Shown piece after piece: positions 26,781 through 40,367 of a stretch of 64,000 bases of DNA. This DNA is from the human T2T-CHM13v2.0 reference genome, Homo sapiens: NCBI RefSeq assembly GCF_009914755.1, contig NC_060947.1. The stretch is one strand, 5' to 3'. Below the pieces are notes generated by a model, which had not been told where the DNA came from, made no database searches, and worked only from the letters and a program-made list of their open reading frames with translations. Made by a program: the position numbers and the translations under genes. Each line of letters begins with the position of its first letter. The stretch's first letter is position 1.

Positions 26781-28772
26781 TGGAAATGCTTGGTAGAATT
26801 CACCAGTGTACTCATCTAGGCCTGGTGCTGTTTCGAATGGTTGTAAGTTATTGATTAAATTTCTTTAACAGTTATAAGCCTATTCATATTTTCTTTTTTT
26901 GTTTGTGTGAGTTTTGGCAGATTCTGTCTTTCAAGGAATTCTTCCATTTTATCTAGGTAATCAATTTGTGGGTTTAGAGTTGTTCTTAATATTCCTTTAT
27001 TATCCTTTCGATGTTCAGGAGATCTTCAGTAACGTCTCCTCTTTCATTTCTAATGTTAGTAATTTGTATCTTTTTTTCTTAGCCAGGCTATGGGCTTATT
27101 GATGTTATTGATCTTTTCAGTGAGCCAGTTTTTGATTTTGTTGATTTTGTGTGTTGATTTCCTTTCTTCAATTTCATCAATTTCTGGTCTGATTTTTCAT
27201 TTTTCTTTAGTTCTGCTTATGTTGGATTTAATTAGATCTTCTTTTTCTAGTTTCCTATGGTAGAAACTGAGAAGATTGGTTTTATATCTTTCTTTTTTTC
27301 TAATATATGTATTCAGTTCTATAGATTTATCTGTAAACACAGCTTTCACAATATCCTACAAATTTTGGTAAGTTGTATTTTCATTTCAATTATTTCAAAA
27401 TATTTTAAAATTTGTTTGAGATTTCTTCTTTGACTCATGTCTTACTTAGAAGTGCATTGTTTAATCTCTATTGTTTTGGAATTTTCCAGCTTTCATTTTG
27501 TTACTAATTTGTAATTCCAGTGTGGTCTGAGAACAGACATTATATAATTTCTATTCTTTTAAATTTGTTGTTGTTTTATGGCCCAGAATATGGTCATATG
27601 ATCTATCTTGATGAATGTGTCATGTGAGCTTGAGAAGAATTTGTATTATGCTGATGTTAAATGAAGTAATCTATAGATGTCAACGGTATCCAGTTCATTG
27701 ATGGTGTTATTTATGATTATGAAATGCCCCTATTTATCCCTGAAAACTTTCCTTGCTCTGAAGTCTGCTATGTCCAAAATTAAAATAGCTACCCTCTTGA
27801 GACTTGAAAAACGAGAAGAAAAAAACAGCTACTCCCACTTTTTTTTGATTAGTGTTAACAAGGTGTATCTTTCTCCCTCAAATTTTATTTTTTATTTTTT
27901 TCTGGGACTTTGTAGGACATTTGATCCCTCTATTTACTTTCAATATAAGTGTGTCTTTAATATTTAAGGTGGTTTTCTTAGAGATAATGTATAGTTGAAT
28001 GTTGTTTGTGATCCACTCTGACAATCTCTTTTATTTGGTATATTTAGGCCATTGACAGTTAAGGTAATTGTTGATATAGTTGGATTGATATCTGCCATAT
28101 TTGGTACTGTTCTTTATTTGCTGCCCTTGTTTCCTGTTTTTGTGTTCCATAATGTTTCTGCTTTTGTGTTTTTTATTGAACATTTTATATAATTCTACTT
28201 TCTCTCCTGTATTAGTACATAAATTCCTATATATTTGTTTTGGTGATTACCCTAGAGTTTGCAATATACATTTACCACTAATCCAAGTCAACCTTCAAAT
28301 ATCAATATCCCAATTCACAGGTAGCAATAGTATCATAATAAAAAATATTTCCAATTCCTCTCTACTGTTCCTCGTGTTATTTTTGTAATTTATTTTACTT
28401 ATAATAAGCATATGTAAATATATATATCCAATATATATATTGAGTACATTGTTGCAATTATTATTTTGAATAAACTATCTGTTAGATCAATTTAACTAAG
28501 ATTATTTAGCCTTCATTTATTTATTCTGTGACACTTTTCTTTATGTAGATTTGAGTTTCTGACATGTATCATTTGTCTTTTCTCTGGAGAACTTTTAACA
28601 TTTTGTGCAAGATAGGTTTATTGGCAAAGTCTCTCAACTTTTATTTGTCAAAGAAGTCTTTATTTCTCTGTCAGTTTTGAAGGATAACTGCACAGCATAC
28701 AAGATTCTAGGTTGATGTTTTTGTCTCTCAACATTTTGAATATTTCACTTCATTCTGTTCTTGCTTGCATAC

Positions 28773-30572
28773 TGTATTAGTCCTTTCTCACATTGCTATT
28801 AAGAAATACCTCTGACTCAGAAATTTATAAAGGAAAGAGGTTTAATTGACTCACAGTTTTGCATTGTTGGGGAGGCCTCAGGAAACTTACAATCATGGTG
28901 TAGGGCAAAGGAGAAGCAGGCACCTTTCTCATAGGGCAGGAGGAAAGAGTAAGTGCAAGCAGGGGAAATGCCAGATGCTTATAAAACCATCAGATTTCAT
29001 GAAAACTCACTCATTATCATAAGAACTGCATGGGGGAAACCACTCCTATGATCTAAATGCCTCTGCCTGGCCCTGCCCTTGACACGTGGGGATTATGGAG
29101 TTTACAATCAAAGGTGAGACTTGGATGGGGACAAAGAGCCAAACCATATATTCCAACCCTGGCCCCTCCCAAATCTCATGTTTTCCACATTTCAAAACCA
29201 AGTATGCCTTTCCAATAGTCCCTCAAAGTCTTAATTATTTCAGCATTAACTCAAAAGTCCACAGTCCAAAGTCTCATCCAAGATAAGTCAAGTCCTCTGA
29301 AATCTAAGCAGAGGTTCCCAAACCTCAATTCTTGACTTCTGTGCACCCGCAGGCCCAACCGCTTATGTAAGTCACCAAGGCTTGGGCCTTGCATGCTCTG
29401 AAGCAATGGCTTGAGCTGCATTTTGGCCCCCTTTAGCCAAAGCTGGGATGCAGGACACCAAGTGTTGAGACTGCACAAAGTAGCAAGGCTCTGGAACGGG
29501 CCTATGAAATCATTTTTTCATCCTAGGCCTCAGGACCTGTGATGGGAGGGGCTGCCATGAAGACCTCTGACATGCCCTGGAGACATTTTCCCCATTATCT
29601 TAGAGATTAACATTTGGCTCTCATTACTTACGCAGATATCTGAAGCTGGCTTGAATTTCTCCTCAGTAAATGGGTTTTACTTTTCTATCACATCATCAGG
29701 CTGCAAATTTTCCAAATTTTTATGCTCTGCTTCCCTTTAAAACATTAAGTTCCAATTCCAAACAATGTCTTTGTGAATGCATAAAACTAAATACTTTTAA
29801 GAGCACCCAAGCCATGTCTTGAATGCTTTGCTGCTTACAAATTTCTTCCGCCAGATACCCTAAATCATCTCTCTCAAGTTCAAAGTTCCACAGATCTATA
29901 GGGCAGGGACAAAATGCCATCAGTTTCTTTGCTAAAGCACAGCAAGAGTCACCTTTATTCCAGTTCCCAACAAGTTCCTCCTCTCCATCAGAGACGACCT
30001 TAGCCTGGACTTCATTGTCAATATCACTATAAGCATTTTGGTCAAAGCCATTCAACAAGTGTCTAGGAAGTTCCAAACTTTCCCACATCTTCCTGTCTTC
30101 TTCCGGACCTTCCAAACTGTTCCAACCTCTGCCTGTTATCCAGTTCCAAATTCGCTTCTACATTTTAAGGTATTTTTACAGCACGTAAAATTGGTACCAC
30201 CTCCAGTACCAATTTACTGTATTAGTCTGTTGTCACACTGCTATGAAGAAATACGTGAGACTCAACAATTTATAAAGAAGAGAGGTTTAATTGACTCACA
30301 GTTTGGCGTTGCTGCGGAGGCTTCAGGAAACTTACAATCATGGCAAAAGGCAAAGGAGAAGCAGGCACCTTCTACACAGGGCAGCAAGACAGAGTGAGTG
30401 CAGTTATAAAACCATCAGATCTTTTGAGAACTCATTATTATGAGAACAGCACGGGGAAAACCACATCCATGATCCAATTACCTCCACTCGATCCTGCCCT
30501 TGACATGTGGGGATTATGGGGATTACAATCCAAGGTGAGACTTGGGTGGGGCCACAGAACCAAACCATATCA
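28773..30572 (-). mobile_element. THE1D/MSTA-type MaLR provirus with internal deletion: LTRs 28773-29150 and 30218-30572
   Basis: Two homologous LTRs (TGTATTAGTC...AAACCATAT(C)A); perfect 5-bp TSD CATAC at 28768-28772 and 30573-30577; internal ORF EGPEEDRKMWESLELPRHLLNGFDQNA. Internal part is only ~1070 bp versus ~1570 bp in the 9761-12019 copy. Confidence 0.92.
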
Positions 30573-31314
30573 CATACTTTCTAAAAAGAAGTCAGGTATA
30601 ATTCTTGTATTTGCTTCTCTGTAAAGTGTTTTTCCCTCTGACTCCTTTCAAGATTTTTTTCATTATCTTCTGTACTTTTGAAATTTGATATTATCTGCCT
30701 TGGTATAGTGATTTTTGGTAATTTATCCTACTTTCTGTTCTCTGAGCTTCCAGCATCTATGGTTTGATGTCTGACATTAATTTGGGAGAAATTCTCAGTC
30801 ATTGCTTCAGATATTTCTTCTGTTCCTTTCTCTTTTTCTGATATTCCCATTATGTGTATGCTCTCTCTTTTGTAGTTTCCCATAGTTTGTTAGGGTCTGG
30901 TAAAACTCAAGCAGGCTAGCCTCTGGTTAAATAATTTCTCCTGAGGGCAGGCTTTATTAAGAAGAATCTAATGTATTTCCCTCTACCTGCTGGATGCAGG
31001 AAGGGGTTTTCCTTTGATAAACACTGTGAAGATCTAGTAGAGCCCGTGGAGGTGAAACTAACCAAAGTGTGAGTGTCCCTTATGACTGGATTCTGATGAA
31101 GATTTTATTTCTTAGGCTTGTTTACCTGAGCCTCCAGCAATGTTTTCGATTATTGTTTGGAGTTTTCTACCCTGCAGAAGTTTCTGCTGCTGGGTTTCTT
31201 CTCAGTAAGTTGTGATTCTTGGTATCTACTTGTTGGTGTCTCCAATTTTTGAGGTAACAGTTCTTTGACAGATTTAAGAAGAGTTATTAATTTCTCAGTG
31301 TATTTAACTTTAAC

Positions 31315-31611
31315 TTTTTTTTTTTTAATTTGAAACTGAGTCTCGCTGCCACCCAGGCTGGAGTGCAGTGCCGCGATCTTGGCTCACTGAAACCTCTGCC
31401 TACTCAGTTCAAGCAATTCCCCTGCCTCAGCCTCCTGAGTAACTGAGACTACAGGTGCCTGCCACCATGCCCAGCTAATTTTTGTACTTTCAGTAGAGAT
31501 GGGGTTTCACCATGTCGGCCAGGCTGGTCTCGAACTCCTGACCTCAAGTAATCTGCCCGCCTTGGCCTCTCAAACTGCTGGGATTACAGGCCTGAGCCCC
31601 TGCGCACAGCC
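31315..31611 (-). mobile_element. AluS element
   Basis: Full dimeric Alu with polyT; TTTAACTTTTT-like TSD on both sides. Confidence 0.93.
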
Positions 31612-32969
31612 TGTTTAACTTTTTACTTGTTAAAATGGAGTGAAGACTTCCAAGTTCCTTACATGTCAGACAGGAAAGTGGAAGTCTGGAGACATATCAT
31701 TTTCATATCTGACATTTGCTTCTAATAGACAAAGCAGAATATTTCCATCAAATTTATCGGAGACAAAATAGGTGCTTATTGTTGCAAATTATACTGCCAT
31801 TATTGCAAGTGTGGGTTAGTTATTCAGGGGGTTGCTAGTTATTAAGTGGGCTATTTTAAAAGTACATTTGGCCTACTCTTGCTCTCAACCTTTCTTGCCC
31901 TTCCACCTTCTGTGATAGGATGATTCAGCAAGAAGGTCTTCACTAAATTCTGGCACCATGTTCTCATACTTCCCAGCCTCCAGAATCATGAATGAGCTTT
32001 TATTGCTTGTATCAGTCTGTGGTATTCTCTTATAGCAGCACAAAATGAACCAAGACAAAAACTGGTATTGAGAAGTAAGGCTTTTGTTAGAATAAATACC
32101 TGTAAATGTGGAAGCAGCTTTGGAACTGGGTCATGAACAGAGGCTGGAAGAATTTGGTGGAACAGGCTAGAAAACGCATAGGTTGCTGTGAATGGAGTGC
32201 TAAGGGCAATTCTGGTGAGAGCTCAGAAGAGGGAGCACTGTAGGAAAGAGTGCAATCTCTTAGAGATTACTTAAGTCATTGTTATCAGAATACTGGTAGA
32301 AATATGAACAGTAATGATAATTCTGATGAGGTATCAGGTGGAAATGGGGAACGAGGTATTGGAAACTGGAGGAAAGGCCATCCTTCTTACCAGGGCTTGC
32401 CCAAGGGCTTTATAAAAGGTGGAATTTAAGAGTAATGGACTAGAATATCTGGCAGAATAAATTTTTAAGCAAAATATTTAAAAAGATATGTGGCCATTTT
32501 AACCACATATAGGAAGCTATGAATAGAGAAATATTACTTAAAGATGAAATTTATAATGAAAAGAGAATTAAAATGAAAAGATTTAGAAAATTATCAGCCT
32601 GGCCATATAAGAAGTGAAAAGGCACATTTAGAAGAACAAACCAAGGGTGTAGCCAAGCAACACTTTGCTAAAGAGACTACTAAAGATAGAAGAGAGCCAA
32701 GTGCTATTTATCAAGACAATGATAGAACGACCCTGAAGGCATTTCAGAGATCTTTGAGTAGGCTGCTCCTCCCATTATAGTTTCAGAACAGGGCTGTGAG
32801 TCAGGGCAACGTATCCAGAAAGGGGCCCATGGGACTTCAGCATGCGCTGCTTATGGCCACCTCATGATTCTGCTCCCCACATTCTGGCACACTGCTCCTT
32901 GGTCACCTCACCTGTGGCTCAGGCAGGCCCAGGTGAACCTCATGTTGTTGCTCTGGAGGGTGAAAGTGA

Positions 32970-34740
32970 TGTTGATGGCGGTGGCAGCCTATCTGGAGTG
33001 GCCACTGCCATGATGCTGGCTACAGTGGGGGAGGCACAACTTGGACTGCACACTCCATGGAGCTGGCGGGAGCTAGGAACAGGGAGAAGCCCAGCCCCCT
33101 TCCAAGTTGGAGAAGAAGGAGCTTCACCATCCCTGGTGCAGCTGCAGCCACACAGCAGCAGCAGCTGTGCACCCAGGCATCTCTGCATTCTTGGGGGCCC
33201 ATGAAGCCCCCCTGCCCCTGCAGGCTCAGAAGTGCCTGCTCCTGCTGCATGGACTCTCTTCACTCATGGAACCCACTTTGATTTCAGAGCAAAGTTGTGG
33301 CTGAGCCTGGGTGCTGTCACCACCCAGCTGAGTGTGTGCACACTTGGGGCAGTGCTGACATACCAGCCCCTTGCTGCCTTGGCCCCCTCTGGACTTTAGG
33401 TGCCAATGAGCACAGTTGGGAGGATGGTGGGGGTGGTAAGGGTGTCTCTGGGCAGGACTTCGGGCATCCCTTGGCACAAACAGCCTGGGCGCTGTGCACA
33501 CCATGGACAGCAGGTTAATGGTGGCAGGAGGCAGGCTCCTAGGCAGAAAGGGGTCCCTGGTGAAACTCCACCTTCAGGCCTGGGACGGCCTAATGCCTGA
33601 GGGCCAGGCTGCCAGTTCTGAGGACTGGAGTGAGAACTTATGGTGCTTTTTCTGGCCAGCCCATGGCCACTCATGGACCAATCAGCACATACTTCTTCCT
33701 CTTTGAAGTCCATAAAAACCCTGGACTCAGGCCGACTCAGGCAGATGACAGGACCACCTGCCTGTGGAGAGGAGCTACCCAATGTGAGTCTCCTCTCTGC
33801 TGGGAGCTGAGCAGTTGATGAGACAACCTGCCTGTGGAGAGGAGCTACCTGCTGTGGGTTTCCTCTCTGCTGAGAGCTGAACAAACATCTCGATGACCTG
33901 CCTATGCAGAGGAGCTACCGACTGTGGTTCTCCTCTCTGCTGAGAGCTGAACAAACGCCTGGATGACCTGCCTGTGCAGAGGAGCTACCGACTGTGGTTC
34001 CCCTCTCTGCTGAGAGCTGAACACTCTTCAGGATGACCTGCCTGGGGAGAGGAGGTACCTATTGCAGGTCAGCTCTGAGCTGTTTTGTCACTCAATAAAG
34101 CACCTCTTCACCTTGCTCACCCTCCACTTGTCTGCATATCTCATTTTTCCTGGATGCAGGACAAGAACTCGGGACCTGCTGAATAGCAGAGCTGAAGCAG
34201 CCGTAACACAAACAGGGCTGAAATGCACCCCTTGCTCACCACGTTGAGGGTGACAAGAAGGAGAGAAGACAGAAGGAGAGAAGAGCTGCGGCCCTTCAGG
34301 AAGCCCAGACCTAGGAGCTTCCTGAGCTAGGGCTGTGATACCCTCTTTGGGGATCTGTGGTTCCTGGCATCTCCAAGCTTCTGGGTGCCACTGTGTTCCT
34401 TGGTGCCAGCTATGGAAGCTACTTGCGGTACACCTGATCCAGCTGTAGCCTTGCAGGGAGCTGGTGCCTGTGCCAGCCCCTGAAGCTTCCCACCCCACTG
34501 CAACTGGCGTGCCTTGCTGTGTGAAGTGGCTGGACCCTACGCTCACTCACTCACACACTCCTTGATGCTTTGCTCACCCTTGGCAGGTGAGGGATCCAGG
34601 CCGGTATCATGAACCGAGAGTAACCTGGCAGGCTGAGTGGGAGGAATGAGCCCCACATGCCAGAGCAAAACTCAGGCAAAGGCACCACTGGCCACAGAGG
34701 TTTCCAGCTGGAAAAGCAACACCCCAAGGATCCCATAACA
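32970..34740 (+). mobile_element. MER52 (ERV1) solo LTR, ~1.77 kb
   Basis: TGTTGATGGCGGTGGC start, ...GGATCCCATAACA end, AATAAA at ~34094, internal ~60-65-bp tandem repeats (ACCTGCCTGTGGAGAGGAGCTACC..., ~33750-34070), flanks GTGA/GTGT. Confidence 0.88.
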
Positions 34741-35848
34741 GTGTGAGCCTTGGCAGTGGTCATGTGGTGCTGACTCTGCAGACACAGAATACATGAGCTA
34801 TGAGGCCATGGTGACCTTCACCTAGATTTCAAAAGATGTATTGGGCAGCATGCGGGTTCAGGAAGAAACTTGTCACAGGGGCAGAGCCACTATAGAGAGC
34901 CCCCACTAAGGCAGTGCCTAGTAGAGCTCTGAAAATGAGGCCACTACAGAGAGTCCCTATTAGAGTAATGCCTAGTAGAGCTGTTGGAGTAAGTCCGCCA
35001 TCAATACCCCAGAGCTATAGAGTTACCGGAGTGCAATACCAGCCTGAGAGCTGCAGGCATGTAACTCCAACCCAAGGGATCTGAAGCATGGACTGAGCCC
35101 AGTAAAGCTGTTGGGGCAGGGCTGCCAGAAGCCTTGGGGGCCCGATCTCCACCCCAGTGTGCCCAGGGTGCTGAACATGGAGTAAAATGAAGTTATTCTC
35201 CTGCTTTAAGACCTAACGTTGTTTTCTCTATTGAGTTTTGGACTTACCTGGGACTGGTTACCCTTTTCTTCCTGCTTATTTCTCCCTTTTGGAATGGGAA
35301 TGTCTAGCCTATGACAGTCCCACCATTGTGTATTAGAAGCAGATGATTTGTTTTGATTTCATAGGGTCACAGCTGGAGAGAAATGTGCCTCAGTGTGAAT
35401 CATACCTTGTGTTCATGCATATTTGATTTAGATGAGACTCTGGACTTTGGACTTTTGAGTTGATGCTGGAATGAGTAAAGGCTCTGGGGCTATTGGGGTG
35501 GAGCTAATGCGTTTTCATATGAGAAAGATATGCACTTTAGGGGCCAGAGGTAAAATGCTATGGTCTGACTGTGTCTCCCAATGTTGATGTGTTGGAAACT
35601 CAATCCCCAGTGCAGTAGTTTTAGGAGGTAGGACATTCAAGAGGTAATTAGGTCATGAGGGAGTGGGTTTGTTATTGTGAGTGGGCAGTTATGAAAATGA
35701 GGTTGGCCCTCTCTTACTCTTTCACTCTTACCCTCCCACCTTCTGCCATGAGATGATGAAGGATGAAGGCCTTCACCAGATGTCAGTGTCATACTCTTGG
35801 ACTTCCTAGTCTCCGGAACCATGAGCCAAATAAACTTCTTTCCATTAT

Positions 35849-36146
35849 CTTTTTTTAAAGACAGCCTCACTGTTGCCCAGGCTGGAGTGCAGTGGCATGA
35901 TCATAGCTCACTGCAGCTTTGAATTCCTGGGCTCAAACAATCCTTCCATCTCATCCTCCTGAGTAACTGAGACTATGGGCACACACCACCGTGCCTGGAT
36001 AATTTATTTTATTTGTTATTTTTTTGTAGAGATGGGGTCTTGCTTTGCTTCTCAGGCTGGTCTCTCAAACTCCTGGTTTTAAGTGATCCCCTTGCCTTGG
36101 CCTTCTAAAGTGCTGGAATTTACAGGCATGAGTCACCATGCCTGGT
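35849..36146 (-). mobile_element. AluJ inserted into the MST 3' LTR
   Basis: Dimeric Alu with J-type GATCATAGCTCACTGCAGC. Confidence 0.9.
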
Positions 36147-36614
36147 ATAAACTTATAATGTTTATAAATTACTCAGGATGTGGAATTATGTTATAGCAGT
36201 ACAAAACGGAGCAAGACAAAACCAAAATGAGGGTCGATGCCTGTCATATTTCTCAAAGTCTATGCCATGCTCCTCAAAGCATTCATACAATAATTAAATG
36301 CTGGTAACATTTGTCTCTGTAGACAAATATTTTTGGTTTCTATTATTAGACAATAAGAACTATAAAATCCCATAATGTTTTCAATTTATGTTTGAGTCCA
36401 AGAAGATGAGCACTAAATTTAGGGCTCAATTGCAACTAAATCAACCTGAAACTCTTAGCAAAATTCAATTTTTACTAACAAATGGCATTTAATTTACATA
36501 GGCTTAGCTTTAATATTTAAATCAATTTATATAATTTTAATGAATGGTGATACTATCAATTAATAAAAATGAATTTAAAATAAGCAAAAATATACATCTT
36601 TTAATAATTTCAGA

Positions 36615-36737
36615 TTTTTTTTTTTTTTTAACTTTAAGTACTGGGATACATGTGCGGAATGTGCCGGTTTGTTACATAGGTATACATATGCATGGTGATT
36701 TGCTGCACCCTATCAACCCATCATCTAGGTTTTAAGT
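36615..36737 (-). mobile_element. Severely 5'-truncated L1PA 3' end
   Basis: PolyT + ACTTTAAGTACTGGGATACATGTGC...GTTTGTTACATAGGTATACA...CCCATCATCTAGGTTTTAAG. Confidence 0.85.
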
Positions 36738-37589
36738 AAAAATCATATGCAGATAAGAATGCAGAAAATATAATTAGAATTTGGAAGAATTATAAATGAA
36801 AATATAAATGTTTATTTTCAAGTGCTTTTGCTCATATTTAAAAATTCAGTATTTGGAATTTAAAGGTCTCTGCTTATTTTAGAGTTATTCCAAAATAACT
36901 GGGAATGTCATGGTTCTAGTAATTTTTTTTTAACTAGCAAGACAAATATGTCTAAAGAAGGATTAAGCTTGTTTGTTGATGTGGAATTGTCAGTAATGTG
37001 TTTAGGGTGGAAATGTATTTCAATTTTTTGGTGCCTTTCCTTGAAAACTATAGAGTCTTCAGAGGCGTTTTCCCTAAGGGTCATACCATGTAGCTATCTT
37101 AAAGGGAAAAGAACTTTATAAGTAAGTACTTCTGATGCCTAAGGAATTAGTACCCTCATACTAGTACCTTTTTATATGGTTTAATTTTCCATCTCACAGT
37201 AACCAGTTTTATGTCATATGGGGAACAAATGCAGGGTCATTCTTTCTTTTTAGATTTGAGACAATTATCTGTACTATTTAAGTAAAAAGTAAACTGTGTG
37301 CTCCAGAGTGGCTGTCAATATTGACTAAATTGACAGAGCAATTACTCAACTTTCTATTTCATTTGCCTTTGTACACATAGCCACAAATCAACTGGCTCAG
37401 TTAACTTACTCTGAGGAATTAATTTCCTTTGAAAACCTAACTTTTTAGCATGGTACAATTTAATAATAAAGTAGAAATATTTACAGTGGGCAAACTTTGA
37501 AAATAAGTATAAAATTAAATTTGGTACTCAGATACTTGATATAAATTATGGTTATATTCATTTCAACCATTGCAATGACTCAAGCAGAT

Positions 37590-38050
37590 TTATTCATTCA
37601 ACAAGCATTCATTGAGACCTAATATGTGCTTTTCACCGTGCTAGATCTGGGGACACAATATAAAATATCATGTGTCAGCCTTCAACAAATTCATAGTCCA
37701 GTGGGAAAATCAGACACAGAAAGAGATAATTATACAACAATATGGTAAGTGCAGTGATAAGGTTGTATAAAATAGTGTTTCAAGAAAATTAATGTAGTGG
37801 CACCACGTAAAGTGCATTTGAGTTAAGAATATGACATTAGTAATATAAAGTAAGTATTATTACTATTCCTTTTTTATGTATAAGGAAACTTCAGAGGCTC
37901 AGAGAGATTCAGTCATAGTCTGGGATCACTGAGCTTACACATTCATGTGTTTATTCATTGATACATTCATTCATCAGAAACGATTCTGTAAGCCACGAAC
38001 AGAGCAGTGATCAAAACAAACTGGATCCTTTCCTTATGGATCTTATAATA
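37590..38050 (-). mobile_element. L2 3'-end fragments with an intervening MIR piece (~37860-37935)
   Basis: ATTCATTCAACAAGCATTCATTGAG...GTGCTAGATCTGGGGACACA; GAAACTTCAGAGGCTCAGAGAG. Confidence 0.6.
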
Positions 38051-39304
38051 AATCCAAAAATGCTCTGAGAATTCAGAGAAGAAGAAGATAATGCTACATA
38101 TTTGAAATTTTAGAACGTGCAATTATACATTAAGAGGCAGAGCTAACAGGCTGGGCTCATCCCACTTGTCTGAAATGTAGTTCTTCTATGTTCTGCCAGC
38201 CAGGCTATGGAGTATGGAGTGGGCTTTCATGATGTTTATACATATATGGGCCTGCAGCATTTACTGAGTTATATTGTCTGAGTGGAATTTAAAATACATC
38301 ATGGCTGTATAAACAATGTGATGAATAACATTAAAAAGTTAATTCTAATTAAAATCCCAGGGGTAACTAATTAGCATATGAAATGTCTTTATCTGAAGCA
38401 ACACTTGGGGCTAATTAGCAGGTGAGGTATCTTAAATGAATACATCAACTTAGGGTTGGCCAATTTGCACAGGAATGTTAAAAATATTTTTTGATTGGAA
38501 AAAATAACAGTATTTTAGATATGTGATTGTCTGTGAATAGTGCAAGAGGACCAACCTCATTGGTATGAATAAGGTGTTGGAAATCTGCAAGGTGTTGGAA
38601 ATCGGAAGTCTTGTGTCATAGGTACATTCCAGGACTGAAACTTATTGGTCTTGCATCTCCTTTTCACTGAAAATCTTACCCCTTGATAGGACGACAAGCT
38701 TCCACATTCTGCCATTTAGGTGAAAGAATGCAATTGCATTTGTTTTAGAGTAAACTTTTTATGCAAGGTGGACTTAAGGATAGAAAGAGGGGCCTCTTTT
38801 ATCTATAAACAGGTTGTGAAGAAATGTGAGTACCTTTGTTGGAATTTGGTCTGAGGATTGTTTTCTCCTCATAGCCAGGTTTTTAGGGTTAAGGACAGAT
38901 AGCCTCTATCTGTTTTTTAGTTACTGGTGAATACTAATTTTTATCAGAAAGACCTGACATTCACAGAATCACGAAAACAGGCTCAAGCCTGTTTGTTGTG
39001 GTGAAGAATTCATTGCCAACTGGGAACCAGAATCCACAATTCCCCAAATATCAAACTATCCATGATCAGAATGTTGGTGGTCAGTGGGAAGGAAGGAATT
39101 TATGTTCTTGAGGAAGAATAGTCAGCTAATGGTCGTATGGTTTCTATCCTCTAGAGAAAGTTAGAACAGAGCAACAATACTTTGCTTTTATTCCTGAATG
39201 CTTCACAAAGATGGTAAGGGTTCATTATTTCAATCAGCCAATACTTACTCTTTTCTTATTAGTCAACCTTGATTATATACTGAAATTGACTTTATAGGGA
39301 CCCC

Positions 39305-39863
39305 GTCTTAGTCTATTTTGTGTTGCTGTAACAGAATACCTCAAATTAGGTATTTTTCTAATCAATGAAAATATTTTTAAAAACTTTTTATAGAGACATG
39401 GTCTCTCAATGTTGTCCAGGCTAGTCTTGGACTCCTGACATCAAGCCATCTTCACGTCTCAGCCTCCCAAAGTATTCAAATTACAGGCATGAGCTAACTC
39501 CACACAGCCATGTAATTTGTAAATGATAAAAGTGTATTTGACTCACGGTTCTGGAAGCTGGGGAGTCCAAGAGCATGGCACCAACATTTGGTGAGGGCCT
39601 TCCTGCTGCATCATCCCATGGTGGAAGGTGGAAGGGCAAGAGAGCATGAGAGCAAAACAGCAAGAGGGAGCTAAACTCGCTTTTGTTATAAGCCCCATCT
39701 AGAGATAAAAGAACTCATTTCTATGATAATAACATTCATCCATTTATGAGGGTGGAACCCTTATGACCTAATCACCTCTTATTAGTTCCTACCTCCCACC
39801 ATTGTTACTTTGGGGATTAAGTTTCCAACATATGAAGTTTGGTGAACACATTCAAACCATACC
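39305..39863 (-). mobile_element. MST-type MaLR solo LTR containing an Alu monomer (FLAM, ~39385-39510)
   Basis: GTCTTAGTCTATTTTGTGTTGCTGTAACAGAATACC...GAACACATTCAAACCATA; embedded left-arm Alu sequence. Confidence 0.82.
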
Positions 39864-40367
39864 AGACCTCTAACTTCTAACTGGTTGTAGATCTTGATGA
39901 AGACATTTCACAGCACTGCACTCAGTTTTGCTAGTGGTTTCCAAATTTCTCTCTCCTATCATTTGTTTTGCAATTTAACCTTTTCTTTTTACATCACAGT
40001 TCTGGAAGTTGTATAACCCTAGACTCAGGCTAACAAGTAATTGAGTAATTGTGACACTGCTTTAACATACATAACCATTATTTCATTCAGGAAGTTACCT
40101 TTTCCTTCAGTCTATCTGAGGAAGTAGCCCTGGCTGCTCATTACTTCCTCCTTATGCTAGTCTCATCACTTTTTGGAGGATTTTATCAAAGAGATTATAA
40201 ACAGACAAAACTTGATGACTGGTTGAATACTGGGAGTCATTTTGAAAGAGCAGTTAAATATAATGCCTAGGCTTCAAACCTAGGATTCCTGAAGTATATT
40301 AGTACCATTAATAAAAATGAAACTGAAAATAGGACCTGGCATAGCAGTCATCTAGAGTAAGTGAGAC

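Larger units (their letters stand above)
14675..31686 (-). mobile_element. Old L1M (L1M4/L1MC-MD-like) element from its 5' end (~31686) to late ORF2 (~14675), interrupted by the AT-rich array, a MaLR provirus and an Alu
   Basis: ORF2-like peptides MKQKINKLDFIKIKNLCSAKD and FTDNMVFCVENL (degenerate FADD region). Colinear L1 sequence at 14675-16572, 26781-28772, 30578-31314 and 31612-31686. Ends in ...CAGGAAAGTGGAAGTC, typical of old L1M 5' termini. Confidence 0.8.
31810..36218 (+). mobile_element. MST (MSTC/D-like) MaLR provirus: partial 5' LTR ~31810-32057, internal sequence, 3' LTR 35556-36218; hosts MER52 and an AluJ
   Basis: LTR ends ...AAAATGAACCAAGACA and ...AAAACGGAGCAAGACA; internal start AAAACTGGTATTGAGAAG...AATGTGGAAGCAGCTTTGGAACTGGG; purine tract GGGGCCAGAGG before the 3' LTR. 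Confidence 0.8.

Noticed and set aside
16666-26854. Tyr/Ile-rich ORFs in the AT array
   Set aside because: They are artefacts of TA-repeat translation, with no coding complexity or splice context.
31690-31810. Possible continuation of the hAT element beyond the L1 5' end
   Set aside because: Similarity is too weak to support by eye; needs a Dfam search.
32842-34763. Dense overlapping ORFs on both strands
   Set aside because: They lie in the GC-rich MER52 LTR and MST internal sequence and show no protein-family motifs.
38571-38603. Direct repeat AAGGTGTTGGAAATC x2
   Set aside because: A simple local 18-bp tandem duplication with no further copies.
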